A stretch of DNA of 64,000 nucleotides from Oscillospiraceae bacterium (GTDB taxonomy: Bacteria > Bacillota > Clostridia > Oscillospirales > JAKOTC01), in contig DAOSWV010000002.1 of the NCBI GenBank assembly GCA_035380125.1, forward strand, positions 73,270 through 137,269, in the 5' to 3' direction. A program made the translations under genes and the position numbers. The notes below the pieces were generated by a model. The model was not told where the DNA came from. It did not search any database and was given only the letters and a program-made list of their open reading frames with translations. The stretch's first letter is position 1; each line of letters starts with the position of its first letter. This document shows, in pieces, positions 1 through 11,029 of the stretch.

Positions 1-1478
<1,478 letters not shown>

Positions 1479-1489
<11 letters not shown>

Positions 1490-2102
1490 TCGTACGCTCT
1501 TTTACACTTTCTTTGATGGAGACATAGTCGTCGTCGGCGATGATGATGTGGTCGTAGACGGTGATGCCGAGGTCGCGGCAGGCGGCGAGGATCATTGAGA
1601 GCGCCGCGTTATCGTTTGCCGACGGGATTGCAAAGCCCCCGGGGTGATTATGCGCCCAAATCAACTGATTTGCGCCGATTGCAACCGCTGTTTCGGCAAT
1701 TGATGAGATGCGTGTGCTGACGGTATCGCTGTGCAAATCCCCGTATTCGCGCAGGTCGAGGATTTTACCGCTCTTGTCGGCGAAGATCACCGTCAGCATT
1801 TCTTCGGAAAGGGCAAAATAACGGGCGGTGAGGTGGTCGGCCAAAGCGGGGTCGTCAATGCGTTTTGGCAGGGGATGGCGTTCGGTGAGCGCTCTGCGTA
1901 CAATAGCCGGTAAAAGGGCGATGAGTGCCGCTCTCTCTTCGGTCATGCCTGCAACACGCATCAGTTTTTCGGGCGGCGCCTCAAAAATCGAGGAAAAAGA
2001 ACCGAACGATGTACAAAGGTTGTCCGATACCGCTTTGTCTGCCGATGTGAAAGCGAGCAGGCGGCGCAAAAAATCAGTTCGCTCTTTCGTCAGAAGGTTC
2101 AT
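1479..2102 (-). CDS. radC: RadC-like JAB/MPN-domain protein with intact metal-site motifs
   Basis: 207-aa [26 protein letters not shown] matches the RadC HNHPSG...PSxxD signature. A helix-hairpin-helix-like segment [26 protein letters not shown] is present. Its stop overlaps the uvrB start by 11 nt. Confidence 0.8.
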
Positions 2103-2848
2103 AGGGTATCCTCCTCTGAGAGCAGCGGATACCGGGAGGCGGCGATGGCGCTGCCGTCACAGCATAAAACTACATCTGCCAATCGGACCGAGGTGTGAGA
2201 AAACCGGGTGCGCAAATCGCCGATGGCCAAAATTTCGGAACGGGTATAAGAGGGATTTCCGTCACCGTGAGAGAGAATGATTATGACATGCGCCGCCGCG
2301 CAGGTGCCGGCTGCCAAAAAAACATCGTGAAAACACGCGGCGCTATCTTCGAAGTTGTTTTGAACTGTGACGAGGTTTTTTAACGACATCTTGGCGTCAA
2401 GGCACAGGATTCGGAGCAGGTTCGGATCGCCGCAGACGGTGGGCGCATACTGGAGCACCAGTGACGGGCTGTTGAAGTTGCGCATGCCCCGGATGCAGTC
2501 ACACTTATCTTCGAAGTATGTGGGGGCGAATGCCGCACATAAACGCAGCAGCTCACCCGTTTTTCCGGTTCTTTCGGAATCCTCCAAAATCAATTTGTCA
2601 AATCCGTTTGACGCTTCAATCAGTTTATGCGCCGTCGGGTTGACGTCGACGCGTTTATGGGCGTAAAAAAGGAGGAGTTCTAGCAGCTCGTGGTCGTAAA
2701 ATTCTCGCGATCCGTGCCGCAGAAACCGGTCGCGCAGACGTTTGCGGTGTCCGCCGTGAGGTGATTTTTGTGTATCCGTCAAGGACTCGTCCTCCTCTCC
2801 CGTAAAATCAACATGGAATAAATAATTATACCATATAACGCAAGACAT
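2099..2848 (-). CDS. RadC-family paralog with degenerate JAB motif (probably catalytically inactive)
   Basis: 249-aa ORF. GGHRKRLRDRFLRHGSREFYDHELLELLLFYA is the typical RadC N-terminal segment. The HNHPSG position reads ILSHGDGNPSYTRSE. A 4-nt ATGA overlap joins it to the downstream radC-like gene. The start codon is uncertain. Confidence 0.6.
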   Translation of the reverse strand: MSCVIWYNYLFHVDFTGEEDESLTDTQKSPHGGHRKRLRDRFLRHGSREFYDHELLELLLFYAHKRVDVNPTAHKLIEASNGFDKLILEDSERTGKTGELLRLCAAFAPTYFEDKCDCIRGMRNFNSPSLVLQYAPTVCGDPNLLRILCLDAKMSLKNLVTVQNNFEDSAACFHDVFLAAGTCAAAHVIIILSHGDGNPSYTRSEILAIGDLRTRFSHTSVRLADVVLCCDGSAIAASRYPLLSEEDTL

Positions 2849-2915
2849 GAAAAGGGTTTAGACCATAATTCAAATAACATTTTTAAACAATAGCTGAAAT
2901 ATATGGGAACATGTG

Positions 2916-2944
2916 TTGATTCAAATTTTTTCGTTTGATATAAT
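2916..2944 (+). promoter_or_regulatory. Sigma-70-type promoter upstream of the glycosidase/methyltransferase pair
   Basis: TTGATT (2916-2921), 17-nt spacer, TATAAT (2939-2944). It lies ~30 nt upstream of the GGAGG RBS and the ATG at 2975. Confidence 0.55.
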
Positions 2945-2974
2945 GAATTTATTAACATTCGGCGGAGGATAAAC

Positions 2975-4168
2975 ATGTTTGATATTAAATCGCTTCAATC
3001 GGATTTTTCGCGCATTGACCGCGTGATGCGGGCGCGTGGGATTTTTACCGAACAGACCACCGGGAAACAATATTTCACGGGATATTCCTATGAGACGCTT
3101 TATGACTGGGATCAGTATTTTGAGAGCATTATTCAGCTTTATCTGGGCTGGGACACGCGTTATCCGAAAAACGGCGTCGAGATTTTTCTCGATCTGCAGA
3201 AACCGAACGGGCACATTCAACGCAGTTCGACAGGGTGCGACGCACAGCTCAGCGAGCATATCAAGCCCTTTTTGGCGCAGATTTGCCTGTTGATTTACCG
3301 CAAAGACGGAAATCTCGATTTTTTGACGGCGGAATATTACAGCCGTATGAAAAAGTATTTGAATTACTGGCTGTGTGACCGTGATCCGAACCGCAACGGC
3401 CTTTCGGTCTGGGACAGCGGACCGCATACCGGCATGGACAATCAGCATGAACGGGTCGGCTGGTGGCATGACTGCTTCTGTGAAGGCGTTGATCTGAATG
3501 CTTATCTGGTGCGTGAATGCCGCGCTTTTGCCCGTGTGGCCGAAATAAAAGGGCATCCCGATGACGCCGCCGAATTCGCGGCAACAGCCGACCGGGTTGC
3601 TTTGGCGGTGCAGCAATACTGCTGGAATGAAGAGGACGGGTATTTTTACGATTTGGATCAGCGTACAGGGCAACAGATCAAAATCAAATCAATCGCTTCT
3701 TACGCGGTTTTGTGGGCCGGAATCGCCACACCGGGGCAGGCCAAGCGAATGGTGGAAGAGCATCTGACCAACCCCGCCGAGTTTTACCGTCCGCTGCCGT
3801 TTCCCGCGCTGGCGGCGAACGACTCCGGCTACACCGAGGAAAAACTGCCGAAAGATCTAGGCTGCGGATGGCGGGCGCAGACCTGGGTGCCGACGAACTA
3901 TTACGTTTTCCACGGGCTGCACAAATACGGCTATCATACGTTGGCTTCGGAAGTGGCCGAAAAGACTTTTCAAATGGTGAAGGAAATCGGCGACAGGGAA
4001 TATTTTAATACCGAGAGCAGAACCGGAAACGGACTCAACCCGTTCTGGGGATGGACGTTGCTCGCCTATTTTATGCCGCTTGAGGATCGGTTTTCGCTCG
4101 ACCCGACCGAGATCGGCCCCGATCTTTCGGATGCGTTCGACGTCACTGCAAAGGGGATTGGAGAATGA
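2975..4168 (+). CDS. (alpha/alpha)6-barrel glycoside hydrolase, trehalase/GH63 (MGH1-like) type, cytoplasmic
   Basis: 397-aa ORF with no signal peptide. Motifs WDSGPHTGMDN and EYFNTESRTGNGLNPFWGWT resemble GH63/GH37-clan enzymes. The family assignment is from remembered motifs, not a search. Confidence 0.55.
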   Translation: MFDIKSLQSDFSRIDRVMRARGIFTEQTTGKQYFTGYSYETLYDWDQYFESIIQLYLGWDTRYPKNGVEIFLDLQKPNGHIQRSSTGCDAQLSEHIKPFLAQICLLIYRKDGNLDFLTAEYYSRMKKYLNYWLCDRDPNRNGLSVWDSGPHTGMDNQHERVGWWHDCFCEGVDLNAYLVRECRAFARVAEIKGHPDDAAEFAATADRVALAVQQYCWNEEDGYFYDLDQRTGQQIKIKSIASYAVLWAGIATPGQAKRMVEEHLTNPAEFYRPLPFPALAANDSGYTEEKLPKDLGCGWRAQTWVPTNYYVFHGLHKYGYHTLASEVAEKTFQMVKEIGDREYFNTESRTGNGLNPFWGWTLLAYFMPLEDRFSLDPTEIGPDLSDAFDVTAKGIGE

Positions 4169-4746
4169 GCCATTATTTTACCGAGGACAAGAACCTGAAA
4201 CACGAAATCGTGGATTTCGATTATTATTTCCGGGAAAATAAATTCACCTTTACGACCGACGCCGGGTTGTTTTCGAAAGGGCATATTGATCCTGCCACCG
4301 AAATTTTGCTGAACGCGATTGCGCCGCTGTCGGGTTCGCTGTTCGATTTGGGCTGCGGCTACGGGGTGATCGGAATTGTGCTGGCAAAAACCTATGGACT
4401 GAAACTGACGCAGGCCGATGTCAACGGGGCGGCGGTCGAATTGACAATCAAGAATGCAAAAGCAAACGGCGTGGGAGCAAAGGCGGTCAAATCCGACTGC
4501 TTTGATAATGTTTCCGGTACTTTCGATACGATTACGCTCAATCCGCCGATCCATGCGGGGAAAGCGGTCACTTACCGAATGTACGAGGAGTCGATTGACC
4601 ACCTGAATCCCGGCGGGAAGTTTTATGTCGTCACGTTGAAAAAGCATGGGGCCGAGAGCACCGAGGCAAAATTGAAAAGCGTGTACGGCAACTGCGAGAC
4701 GGTTTATAAGAAAAAAGGCGTTTTTGTATTCTGTTGTGTGAAGTGA
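4165..4746 (+). CDS. Class I SAM-dependent methyltransferase, RsmC/YbxB-like (MTS domain)
   Basis: 193-aa ORF with the SAM motif LFDLGCGYGVIG and the NPPIHAG (NPPxH) motif of m2G/N6A methyltransferases. An ATGA overlap joins it to the upstream gene. Confidence 0.7.
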   Translation: MSHYFTEDKNLKHEIVDFDYYFRENKFTFTTDAGLFSKGHIDPATEILLNAIAPLSGSLFDLGCGYGVIGIVLAKTYGLKLTQADVNGAAVELTIKNAKANGVGAKAVKSDCFDNVSGTFDTITLNPPIHAGKAVTYRMYEESIDHLNPGGKFYVVTLKKHGAESTEAKLKSVYGNCETVYKKKGVFVFCCVK

Positions 4747-4820
4747 GGTTTGTATCCAACGGTATTCAGGTCATGAGATTCTTCTGACTATGGGGCTGCA
4801 AAGCGATTTATAAAAGAAAG

Positions 4821-4850
4821 GGGCGGCGCTGATTAGCGCCGCCCTTTTTG
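4821..4850 (+). terminator. Rho-independent terminator
   Basis: GGGCGGCGCT-gatt-AGCGCCGCCC perfect 10-bp stem followed by TTTTT. Confidence 0.8.
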
Positions 4851-5012
4851 CGGTAAAATGAGGATAGCACGAGATTGTACGCGAATGCAGTGCGGATTCC
4901 AATTGTAATACCATGCTCGGAAAAGCGCGTTCGGAAGCGAGACCTGTAGAAATTGCGGTGCATATGACCACAGGTTCTCACCTGCAGCGTCGCTTTTTGC
5001 GGTAAAATGAGG
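4844..5012 (+). repeat. Exact 20-bp direct repeat CTTTTTGCGGTAAAATGAGG, two copies 149 bp apart
   Basis: Copies at 4844-4863 and 4993-5012. The first overlaps the T-tract of the terminator above. Confidence 0.85.
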
Positions 5013-5165
5013 GGCAGGCGTTTGTCAATTGGCGATGAATAAATATAAATCCATAGTGAATTAGTATGAATTTTTACAAAAAGTCTTTTCAAACGGCAAA
5101 AAACCTGATATAATAATACGGTTATTTACATGACCGTATGAGTCAATAATTTTGGAGGTAAAAGA

Positions 5166-7799
5166 ATGAGTCAAAAATTTGTCTATCTGTTCTCTGAGGG
5201 GAGCGGAAAAATGCGCGAGCTTTTGGGCGGAAAAGGCGCCAACCTCGCGGAGATGACAAACCTCGGTATGCCCGTACCCCAGGGCTTTACCATCACCACC
5301 GAGGCCTGCACGAAGTATTATGAAGACGGCAAGAAAATTGCGCCGGAAATTGAAAAAGAAATTTATGAATACCTCGCCACCATGGAAAATATCTGCGGCA
5401 AAAAACTCGGCGATTCTAAAAACCCCCTGCTTGTGTCCGTGCGCTCCGGCGCCCGCGCCTCCATGCCCGGCATGATGGATACAATTTTGAATCTCGGCCT
5501 GAACGACACGGTTGTCGAAGGATTGGCCGCACTCACAAAAAACCCCCGTTTCGCCTATGACAGCTACCGCCGCTTTATTCAAATGTTCTCCGACGTTGTA
5601 ATGGAACTCTCCAAAAAGGACTTTGAAAAGATTATTGATGCGCTGAAAGAACAGCGCGGCATTACACTCGACCTCGATTTGACCGAGGATGATATGAAGA
5701 CCCTCGTAGTCAAATTTAAAGCATACTATAAAGAAAAACTCGGTTCCGATTTCCCGACTGAACCGAAGGTTCAACTGATGGAAGCCGTTAAAGCCGTTTT
5801 CCGCTCCTGGGACAACCCCCGTGCGATCTATTACCGCAAGGAAAACGACATCCCTTATTCCTGGGGTACCGCTGTCAACGTCCAGTCGATGGTGTTCGGC
5901 AACATGGGTACAACCTCCGGCACCGGCGTTGCATTCACACGCAATCCGTCCACCGGCGAGAGGAAATTTTACGGTGAATTTTTGATGAACGCGCAGGGCG
6001 AAGACGTCGTCGCGGGTATCCGCACACCGCAGACCATCGACCAGTTGAAAGAGATTATGCCCGAGGTCTATGACCAGTTTATGGCCATCGCGGACAAGCT
6101 TGAAAACCATTACCGCGATATGCAGGATATGGAGTTTACCATCGAAAACGGGAAGCTTTATATGCTCCAAACCAGAAACGGCAAACGTACCGCCGTCGCC
6201 GCGTTGAAAATCGCGGTCGACCTCGTGGCGGAAGGCATGCTGACCAAGGAAGAGGCCGTGATGAAGGTCGAGCCCAAACAGCTTGACGCTTTACTGCACC
6301 CGCAGTTTGACACGGCTGCGTTGAAAAAAGCGGCGCCGATTGCCGTTGGTCTGAATGCCTCTCCGGGCGCCGCCAGCGGACAGATCTGCTTTAGTGCCGA
6401 AGACGCGATTAAGGCACATGCGGCCGGTAAAAAAGTCGTTTTGGTGCGCCTTGAGACCTCTCCGGAGGATATTGAGGGCATGGCTTCTTCGCAGGGTATT
6501 TTAACGGTACGCGGCGGCAGAACCTCACATGCGGCAGTCGTTGCAAGAGGTATGGGTACCTGCTGCGTCGCGGGCTGCGGTGACATCAAGATTGACGAAC
6601 ATGCCAAGACCTTTACGGTTGACGGCAAAAAAGTATATCACGAGGGCGATTATATCTCGCTCGACGGCACGACCGGCAACGTTTACGGCGAGGCGATTCC
6701 GACTGTCGAAGCCTCGATCTCCGGTGACTTCCAGACGTTTATGAGCTGGGCCGATGCGATTCGCAAGCTTAAGGTCCGGACCAATGCCGACACACCGCGT
6801 GATGCCATGCAAGCCGTCAAATTCGGCGCAGAGGGCATCGGCCTTTGCCGTACCGAGCATATGTTCTTTGAGAGCGACCGCATCATGGCGATGCGTGAAA
6901 TGATTGTCGCAAAGACCATGGAACAGCGTAAAAAGGCACTTGAGAAGCTGCTGCCGATGCAGCGCGGCGACTTCGAGGGCATTTATGAAGCCATGCAGGG
7001 TTATCCGGTGACCATCCGTTACCTCGATCCGCCGCTGCATGAATTCCTGCCCACAGAGGAAAAAGATATCGAGATACTGGCAAAAGAGCTTGACATGACG
7101 GTCGATGCACTCAAACAGATCATCTCCGATCTGCACGAGTTCAACCCGATGATGGGTCACCGCGGCTGCCGTCTGGCCGTCTCGTTCCCCGAGATTGCCG
7201 AGATGCAGACCAAAGCCGTCATCGAGGCCGCCATCAATGTCCAGAAGCGCCATCCCGAATGGAAAATGGTGCCCGAAATTATGATTCCGCTGGTCGGCGA
7301 CGTCAACGAGCTGGCATTCGTGAAAAAAATCGTCGTCGAGAACGCAGACAGGATCATCAAAGAGGCCGGTATCGACATGAAATATTCGGTCGGTACGATG
7401 ATCGAGATCCCGAGGGCTGCCGTCACCGCTGACGAGATCGCCAAAGAAGCTGAGTTTTTCTCCTTCGGAACCAACGATCTGACCCAGATGACTTTCGGAT
7501 TCTCCCGCGACGACGCGGGGAAATTCCTCGAAGCCTATTACGCCAAGAAGGTCTATGAATCCGATCCGTTCGCGCGTCTTGACCAGAATGGCGTGGGTAA
7601 ATTGATTGAAATGGCCGTTAAACTCGGCAAACAGACTCGCCCGACCATCAAACTGGGCATCTGCGGCGAACACGGCGGGGACCCGAGTTCGATTGAATTC
7701 TGTCATAAGACCGGATTGAATTATGTCTCCTGCTCGCCCTACCGCGTGCCGATCGCACGCCTTGCGGCGGCCCAGGCGGCGATTAAATACCCCAGATAA
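5166..7799 (+). CDS. ppdK: Pyruvate, phosphate dikinase
   Basis: 877-aa ORF. N-terminus reads FSEGSGKMRELLGGKGANLAEM. Phospho-His region reads GILTVRGGRTSHAAVVARGMG. C-terminal PEP-utilising motif reads FFSFGTNDLTQMTFG. GGAGG RBS is present. Confidence 0.95.
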   Translation: MSQKFVYLFSEGSGKMRELLGGKGANLAEMTNLGMPVPQGFTITTEACTKYYEDGKKIAPEIEKEIYEYLATMENICGKKLGDSKNPLLVSVRSGARASMPGMMDTILNLGLNDTVVEGLAALTKNPRFAYDSYRRFIQMFSDVVMELSKKDFEKIIDALKEQRGITLDLDLTEDDMKTLVVKFKAYYKEKLGSDFPTEPKVQLMEAVKAVFRSWDNPRAIYYRKENDIPYSWGTAVNVQSMVFGNMGTTSGTGVAFTRNPSTGERKFYGEFLMNAQGEDVVAGIRTPQTIDQLKEIMPEVYDQFMAIADKLENHYRDMQDMEFTIENGKLYMLQTRNGKRTAVAALKIAVDLVAEGMLTKEEAVMKVEPKQLDALLHPQFDTAALKKAAPIAVGLNASPGAASGQICFSAEDAIKAHAAGKKVVLVRLETSPEDIEGMASSQGILTVRGGRTSHAAVVARGMGTCCVAGCGDIKIDEHAKTFTVDGKKVYHEGDYISLDGTTGNVYGEAIPTVEASISGDFQTFMSWADAIRKLKVRTNADTPRDAMQAVKFGAEGIGLCRTEHMFFESDRIMAMREMIVAKTMEQRKKALEKLLPMQRGDFEGIYEAMQGYPVTIRYLDPPLHEFLPTEEKDIEILAKELDMTVDALKQIISDLHEFNPMMGHRGCRLAVSFPEIAEMQTKAVIEAAINVQKRHPEWKMVPEIMIPLVGDVNELAFVKKIVVENADRIIKEAGIDMKYSVGTMIEIPRAAVTADEIAKEAEFFSFGTNDLTQMTFGFSRDDAGKFLEAYYAKKVYESDPFARLDQNGVGKLIEMAVKLGKQTRPTIKLGICGEHGGDPSSIEFCHKTGLNYVSCSPYRVPIARLAAAQAAIKYPR

Positions 7800-7851
7800 T
7801 GTAGGAGCAAACTGCGTTCTCCCGTATACAGTGGCATTTTTGTTTGAAGAT

Positions 7852-7894
7852 ATAAAGATCCCGCCCGCGGCGAAGACGCGGGCGGGATCTTTAT
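7852..7894 (+). terminator. Long perfect hairpin downstream of ppdK (terminator, possibly bidirectional)
   Basis: ATAAAGATCCCGCCCGCG-gcgaaga-CGCGGGCGGGATCTTTAT, an 18-bp perfect stem. The T-tract is weak. Confidence 0.65.
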
Positions 7895-8110
7895 CATAGC
7901 ATTCGGTTGTCATCCTGAGCACAGCGAAGGATCTCTGACTGATAAAAGCTGAAAACATCATATCTGTAAGACATAACCTGTCCGAAATTCTGCTATGCGT
8001 CGCTTGCAACGCTTTCAGAATTGACATAATGTATTATATTCACAAGTTTATAACACCCATGGCGAAAGCCGTGGGCGGGTTTGTTTTTGCCGGAAAATAT
8101 CTGAGTCATA

Positions 8111-8139
8111 TTGACAGGATGTGGAAATTGTGATATAAC
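8111..8139 (+). promoter_or_regulatory. Extended -10 promoter of the S41-like lipoprotein gene
   Basis: TTGACA (8111-8116), 17-nt spacer ending in TGa, TATAAC (8134-8139). Confidence 0.55.
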
Positions 8140-8196
8140 CATGTTAAACACGATAATGCAGAGAAACGCATTATCGAAATGGAACCGGAGGATATT

Positions 8197-10188
8197 ATGA
8201 AAAAGAGAATGTTGGGTTTTATTGCGGCAGCGATGGCACTGGTATTGCTGTTTTCCGCGGGATGTGAAACAACGACAATCCAAGCACTGCCGGCAACACA
8301 GTTTGACACGGATAATGAACTGACCGTTGAACAGATGAGACAGGATCTCGACTATCTTGAGCAATGGCTTGATTATAATCATATCGATGCCTGGCACCGT
8401 ATTTCAAGAGACGATTTTCATGCTGAGATTGAAGCACTTGAAGAAAAACTCGATGGTATGACGCGTACACAGTTTGAATATGAAATCGTAAGACTGGCGG
8501 CTTTGATCGGCGATGCCCACACTTCAGCAGCCCTTGAGAGTATATACAAAGGTTACCGCCGGGAGATCTCCTATGAAGTCAAGAGCTTCGACGACGGATG
8601 GTATATTGTAAGAACCGATATCGATCATAAAGAGTGCCTCGGCTGGAGAATCGATAAAATCAATGGGTTTAACAGAGAACAGATCACCGAGAAGCTAAAA
8701 CCTTATATCTCAACCGAGACCGAGTCTTGGATGCAATATAAGCTATCTTCTAGTATTAACAACTGGGATATTCTATATTTGTGCGGCGTCGTCAATACCG
8801 AAACGGTCACATTGACGCTGTCAAAGGACGGAAAAACAAAAAAGGTGCAATATACCGCAAAGCCCCATCTCGATATTTACAATCTGACTTATGTCACTTT
8901 GTCAACGATGGACGGATATACGGAGATCGAGACCGGGATCAACAATGAATATTATCGGTATATCGAATACGACGACCTGCTGTTTGTGCAGTATAACGTC
9001 TGTAAAAACAGTACGACATACAATATGACAAATTTCGTTTCTAAATTGGAAGTAAAACAAGCAGAAAAAAATTATCGGAATCTTGTTATCGACCTGCGTT
9101 ATAACACCGGCGGAAGTTCCAACGTCATTGATCCGCTGTGCGAATTTGCCGATGATTTTGTGAAGTCTGGCGGAAACTTGTATGTGCTCATCGGTGAGAT
9201 GACCTTCTCATCGGGCGTATGGGCTGTAATCTCCCTGTCTGCATATAATCCCGTGTTTATCGGAAAACCAACCGGCGGCGGAATCAATCATTACGGCAGT
9301 GTGGACGCAACCGTGAGACTTGATAACAGCGGTGTATACATCGGGTGCTCGACCAAGTGGTTTCAGATTCTGGCAGATTCCGAAATTGCATCCGGGATGC
9401 CCGATATCGTTGCCGAACATACCTTCGGGGATTATTTCAACGGTGTCGATCCTGAACTTGCGGTTGTCAGAAAATTGATTTCCGGTGAGACCGAAACCCC
9501 TTCGCCGCAGACGTTTGAGTTGTTCAGCGGAAAGAGAGCCGAGAGTTGGGCTGAAAGCTTTGATTTTGAGAAATACCCTTGGGCTAACAGCATGGACGGC
9601 GGATTTTTCGGTTATCTTGGCACAAAGTGCGTATCGAAATGGATTGATTCTCGATATAAAAGTGACGATTATCCCGGTATGATGCCTGCGGTCTTTGCAC
9701 AGGATTTTGATCTGACGCCCGAAGAACTCGTGGCAGTTATGCGGTTTGACACCCATCGTCGGGCGAGTTACGGCGGTACAACGGATTACTATACCGAAGA
9801 GGATATCAAAGCTGCGCTGATTTTTGCTTTCGGTAGTGATGAATTTGACGAAGCAAAAGTACCCGACCTCGAATTCAATCTCTCCTATGTTGAATTTTGG
9901 TCGGTTTACGGAACCGATCCGGTTGAGAATATGGAGGCGCTTGGGGCGACTGTTGAAAATGCGATTCCGTGGAGTTTTATCACCGAGACCGGAATCAGGA
10001 GTTATCTGGCATGGGTAAGCGGACTCTCAGATAAAAACGAATATACATTACAGAATTTCCTGGAATACACCGAGCTTTCCATCGTGGCTTACGACGATAT
10101 TTTTAATACGTTGAAAAAAGGGACGTCATTGACTTTGTACGGTGATGAAAAAATCGCAGAAATTCGTACCGAGGTTTACGGGTATTGA
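8197..10188 (+). CDS. S41-family peptidase-like lipoprotein with ~220-aa C-terminal extension of unknown function
   Basis: Signal peptide and lipobox MKKRMLGFIAAAMALVLLFSAGC. LVIDLRYNTGGSSN, GEMTFSSG and GKPTGGG motifs are of S41 type. The start was moved to ATG 8197 (GGAGG 5 nt upstream) from the track start 8179. Confidence 0.65.
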   Translation: MKKRMLGFIAAAMALVLLFSAGCETTTIQALPATQFDTDNELTVEQMRQDLDYLEQWLDYNHIDAWHRISRDDFHAEIEALEEKLDGMTRTQFEYEIVRLAALIGDAHTSAALESIYKGYRREISYEVKSFDDGWYIVRTDIDHKECLGWRIDKINGFNREQITEKLKPYISTETESWMQYKLSSSINNWDILYLCGVVNTETVTLTLSKDGKTKKVQYTAKPHLDIYNLTYVTLSTMDGYTEIETGINNEYYRYIEYDDLLFVQYNVCKNSTTYNMTNFVSKLEVKQAEKNYRNLVIDLRYNTGGSSNVIDPLCEFADDFVKSGGNLYVLIGEMTFSSGVWAVISLSAYNPVFIGKPTGGGINHYGSVDATVRLDNSGVYIGCSTKWFQILADSEIASGMPDIVAEHTFGDYFNGVDPELAVVRKLISGETETPSPQTFELFSGKRAESWAESFDFEKYPWANSMDGGFFGYLGTKCVSKWIDSRYKSDDYPGMMPAVFAQDFDLTPEELVAVMRFDTHRRASYGGTTDYYTEEDIKAALIFAFGSDEFDEAKVPDLEFNLSYVEFWSVYGTDPVENMEALGATVENAIPWSFITETGIRSYLAWVSGLSDKNEYTLQNFLEYTELSIVAYDDIFNTLKKGTSLTLYGDEKIAEIRTEVYGY

Positions 10189-10220
10189 ATTGATAACGGG
10201 AAAGGAAAAGGAGCGATTTT

Positions 10221-10994
10221 TCAGATCGTTCCTTTTTCTTTTTGCGCGAGGTATGAGAGCAGTTTCGTATATTCGTCTTGATACCCGAAGGTCTCAAAAT
10301 CTTTTCGGTATTTGCGGTAGACCATTTTCGCGGTCTTTGGTGTGTAATAATCCATCCAGTTGCCTTTACCGCTTTGGTTATAATGCTTCAACGGGGCAAA
10401 ACCGTATTTTTGGCGGATCGGCTCATAATCGGCTTCGAGGTTTTCAAATTTACCTACAAAGTCCGCGATGCATTTGCCATGGCGATATAAAGACGCAAAT
10501 TGCGGACGAAAGTGTTCTTCCGCCAGGCGCTTCGGAATCAAACAGACCATTTTGACAAATCGTTCGAATCCTCTGTCTTTCGATAAAAAGTGGAGCATAT
10601 AAAAATCGAAGGCAAGATGTTTATTGCCCATTTCTGCATCATGATGGTATTTGCTTGCATAGCAGGAAACCAACCGATCAAACGGATTTCGAACAAATGA
10701 AAAACGAAAATAGTCCGAGCGCGGATTAAAATTCCTGTGAAGTCCAAGTGCGGCTCGGTGTACCGAATTGTCGTCTTTGAAATCACGGTTTACAATGCTT
10801 GCCTTTATAGAAGAACAAGCGGTTTTGGGTATGGAAATAAAGGTCAGTTTCTTCTCCGGTATATCAAGATATCGCGTCGGATATGAAGAGCCGAATCGGA
10901 TCAGATATTTTATCTCGTTGAAAAAGGTGTAGCCCAGTGAAACAAGTCCCCAGCGCTCCAGAAAAGCGCCGATTTTTTTACGAAGTTTCCCCAT
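10221..10994 (-). CDS. Sulfotransferase, CHST-like (Sulfotransfer_2-type), tandem paralog 4 of 4 in transcription order
   Basis: 257 aa. IPKTACSSIKAS (5'-PSB-like) and FSFVRNPFDRLVSCYASKYH (3'-PB-like) motifs are present. The C-terminal ~90 aa are near-identical to the other copies. Confidence 0.7.
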   Translation of the reverse strand: MGKLRKKIGAFLERWGLVSLGYTFFNEIKYLIRFGSSYPTRYLDIPEKKLTFISIPKTACSSIKASIVNRDFKDDNSVHRAALGLHRNFNPRSDYFRFSFVRNPFDRLVSCYASKYHHDAEMGNKHLAFDFYMLHFLSKDRGFERFVKMVCLIPKRLAEEHFRPQFASLYRHGKCIADFVGKFENLEADYEPIRQKYGFAPLKHYNQSGKGNWMDYYTPKTAKMVYRKYRKDFETFGYQDEYTKLLSYLAQKEKGTI

Positions 10995-11029
10995 TTTTCC
11001 TCCTTGTTCTCAGTTTTAGTCTGAATCGG

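Noticed and set aside
5061-8027. Long minus-strand ORFs (5061..6170, 369 aa; 6525..8027, 500 aa; also 6158..6628) overlapping ppdK.
   Set aside because: They are antisense shadows of a strongly supported gene in GC-rich, codon-biased DNA. The translations are low-complexity (Arg/Gly/Ala/His-rich) with no motifs or RBS. The same reasoning applies to 746..1516(+) in uvrB, 14562..15407(-) in rny and 23314..24291(-) in trpB/trpA. It also applies to 25481..26614(-) in GH31, 33678..34706(+) in the 701-aa gene, 41657..42793(+) and 43010..43714(+) in secA, and 26756..27499(-).
8056-8090. Orphan terminator-like hairpin CCCATGGC-gaaa-GCCGTGGG followed by a T-rich tract, ~160 bp after the ppdK terminator; possible small RNA between 7895 and 8090.
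   Set aside because: I could not find a convincing promoter at correct spacing. A TTGACA at 8021-8026 has no -10 at 16-19 nt. The interval also contains a GTCATCCTGAGC...GAAGGATCTC repeat-like unit at 7910-7936. Evidence is insufficient without transcript data.
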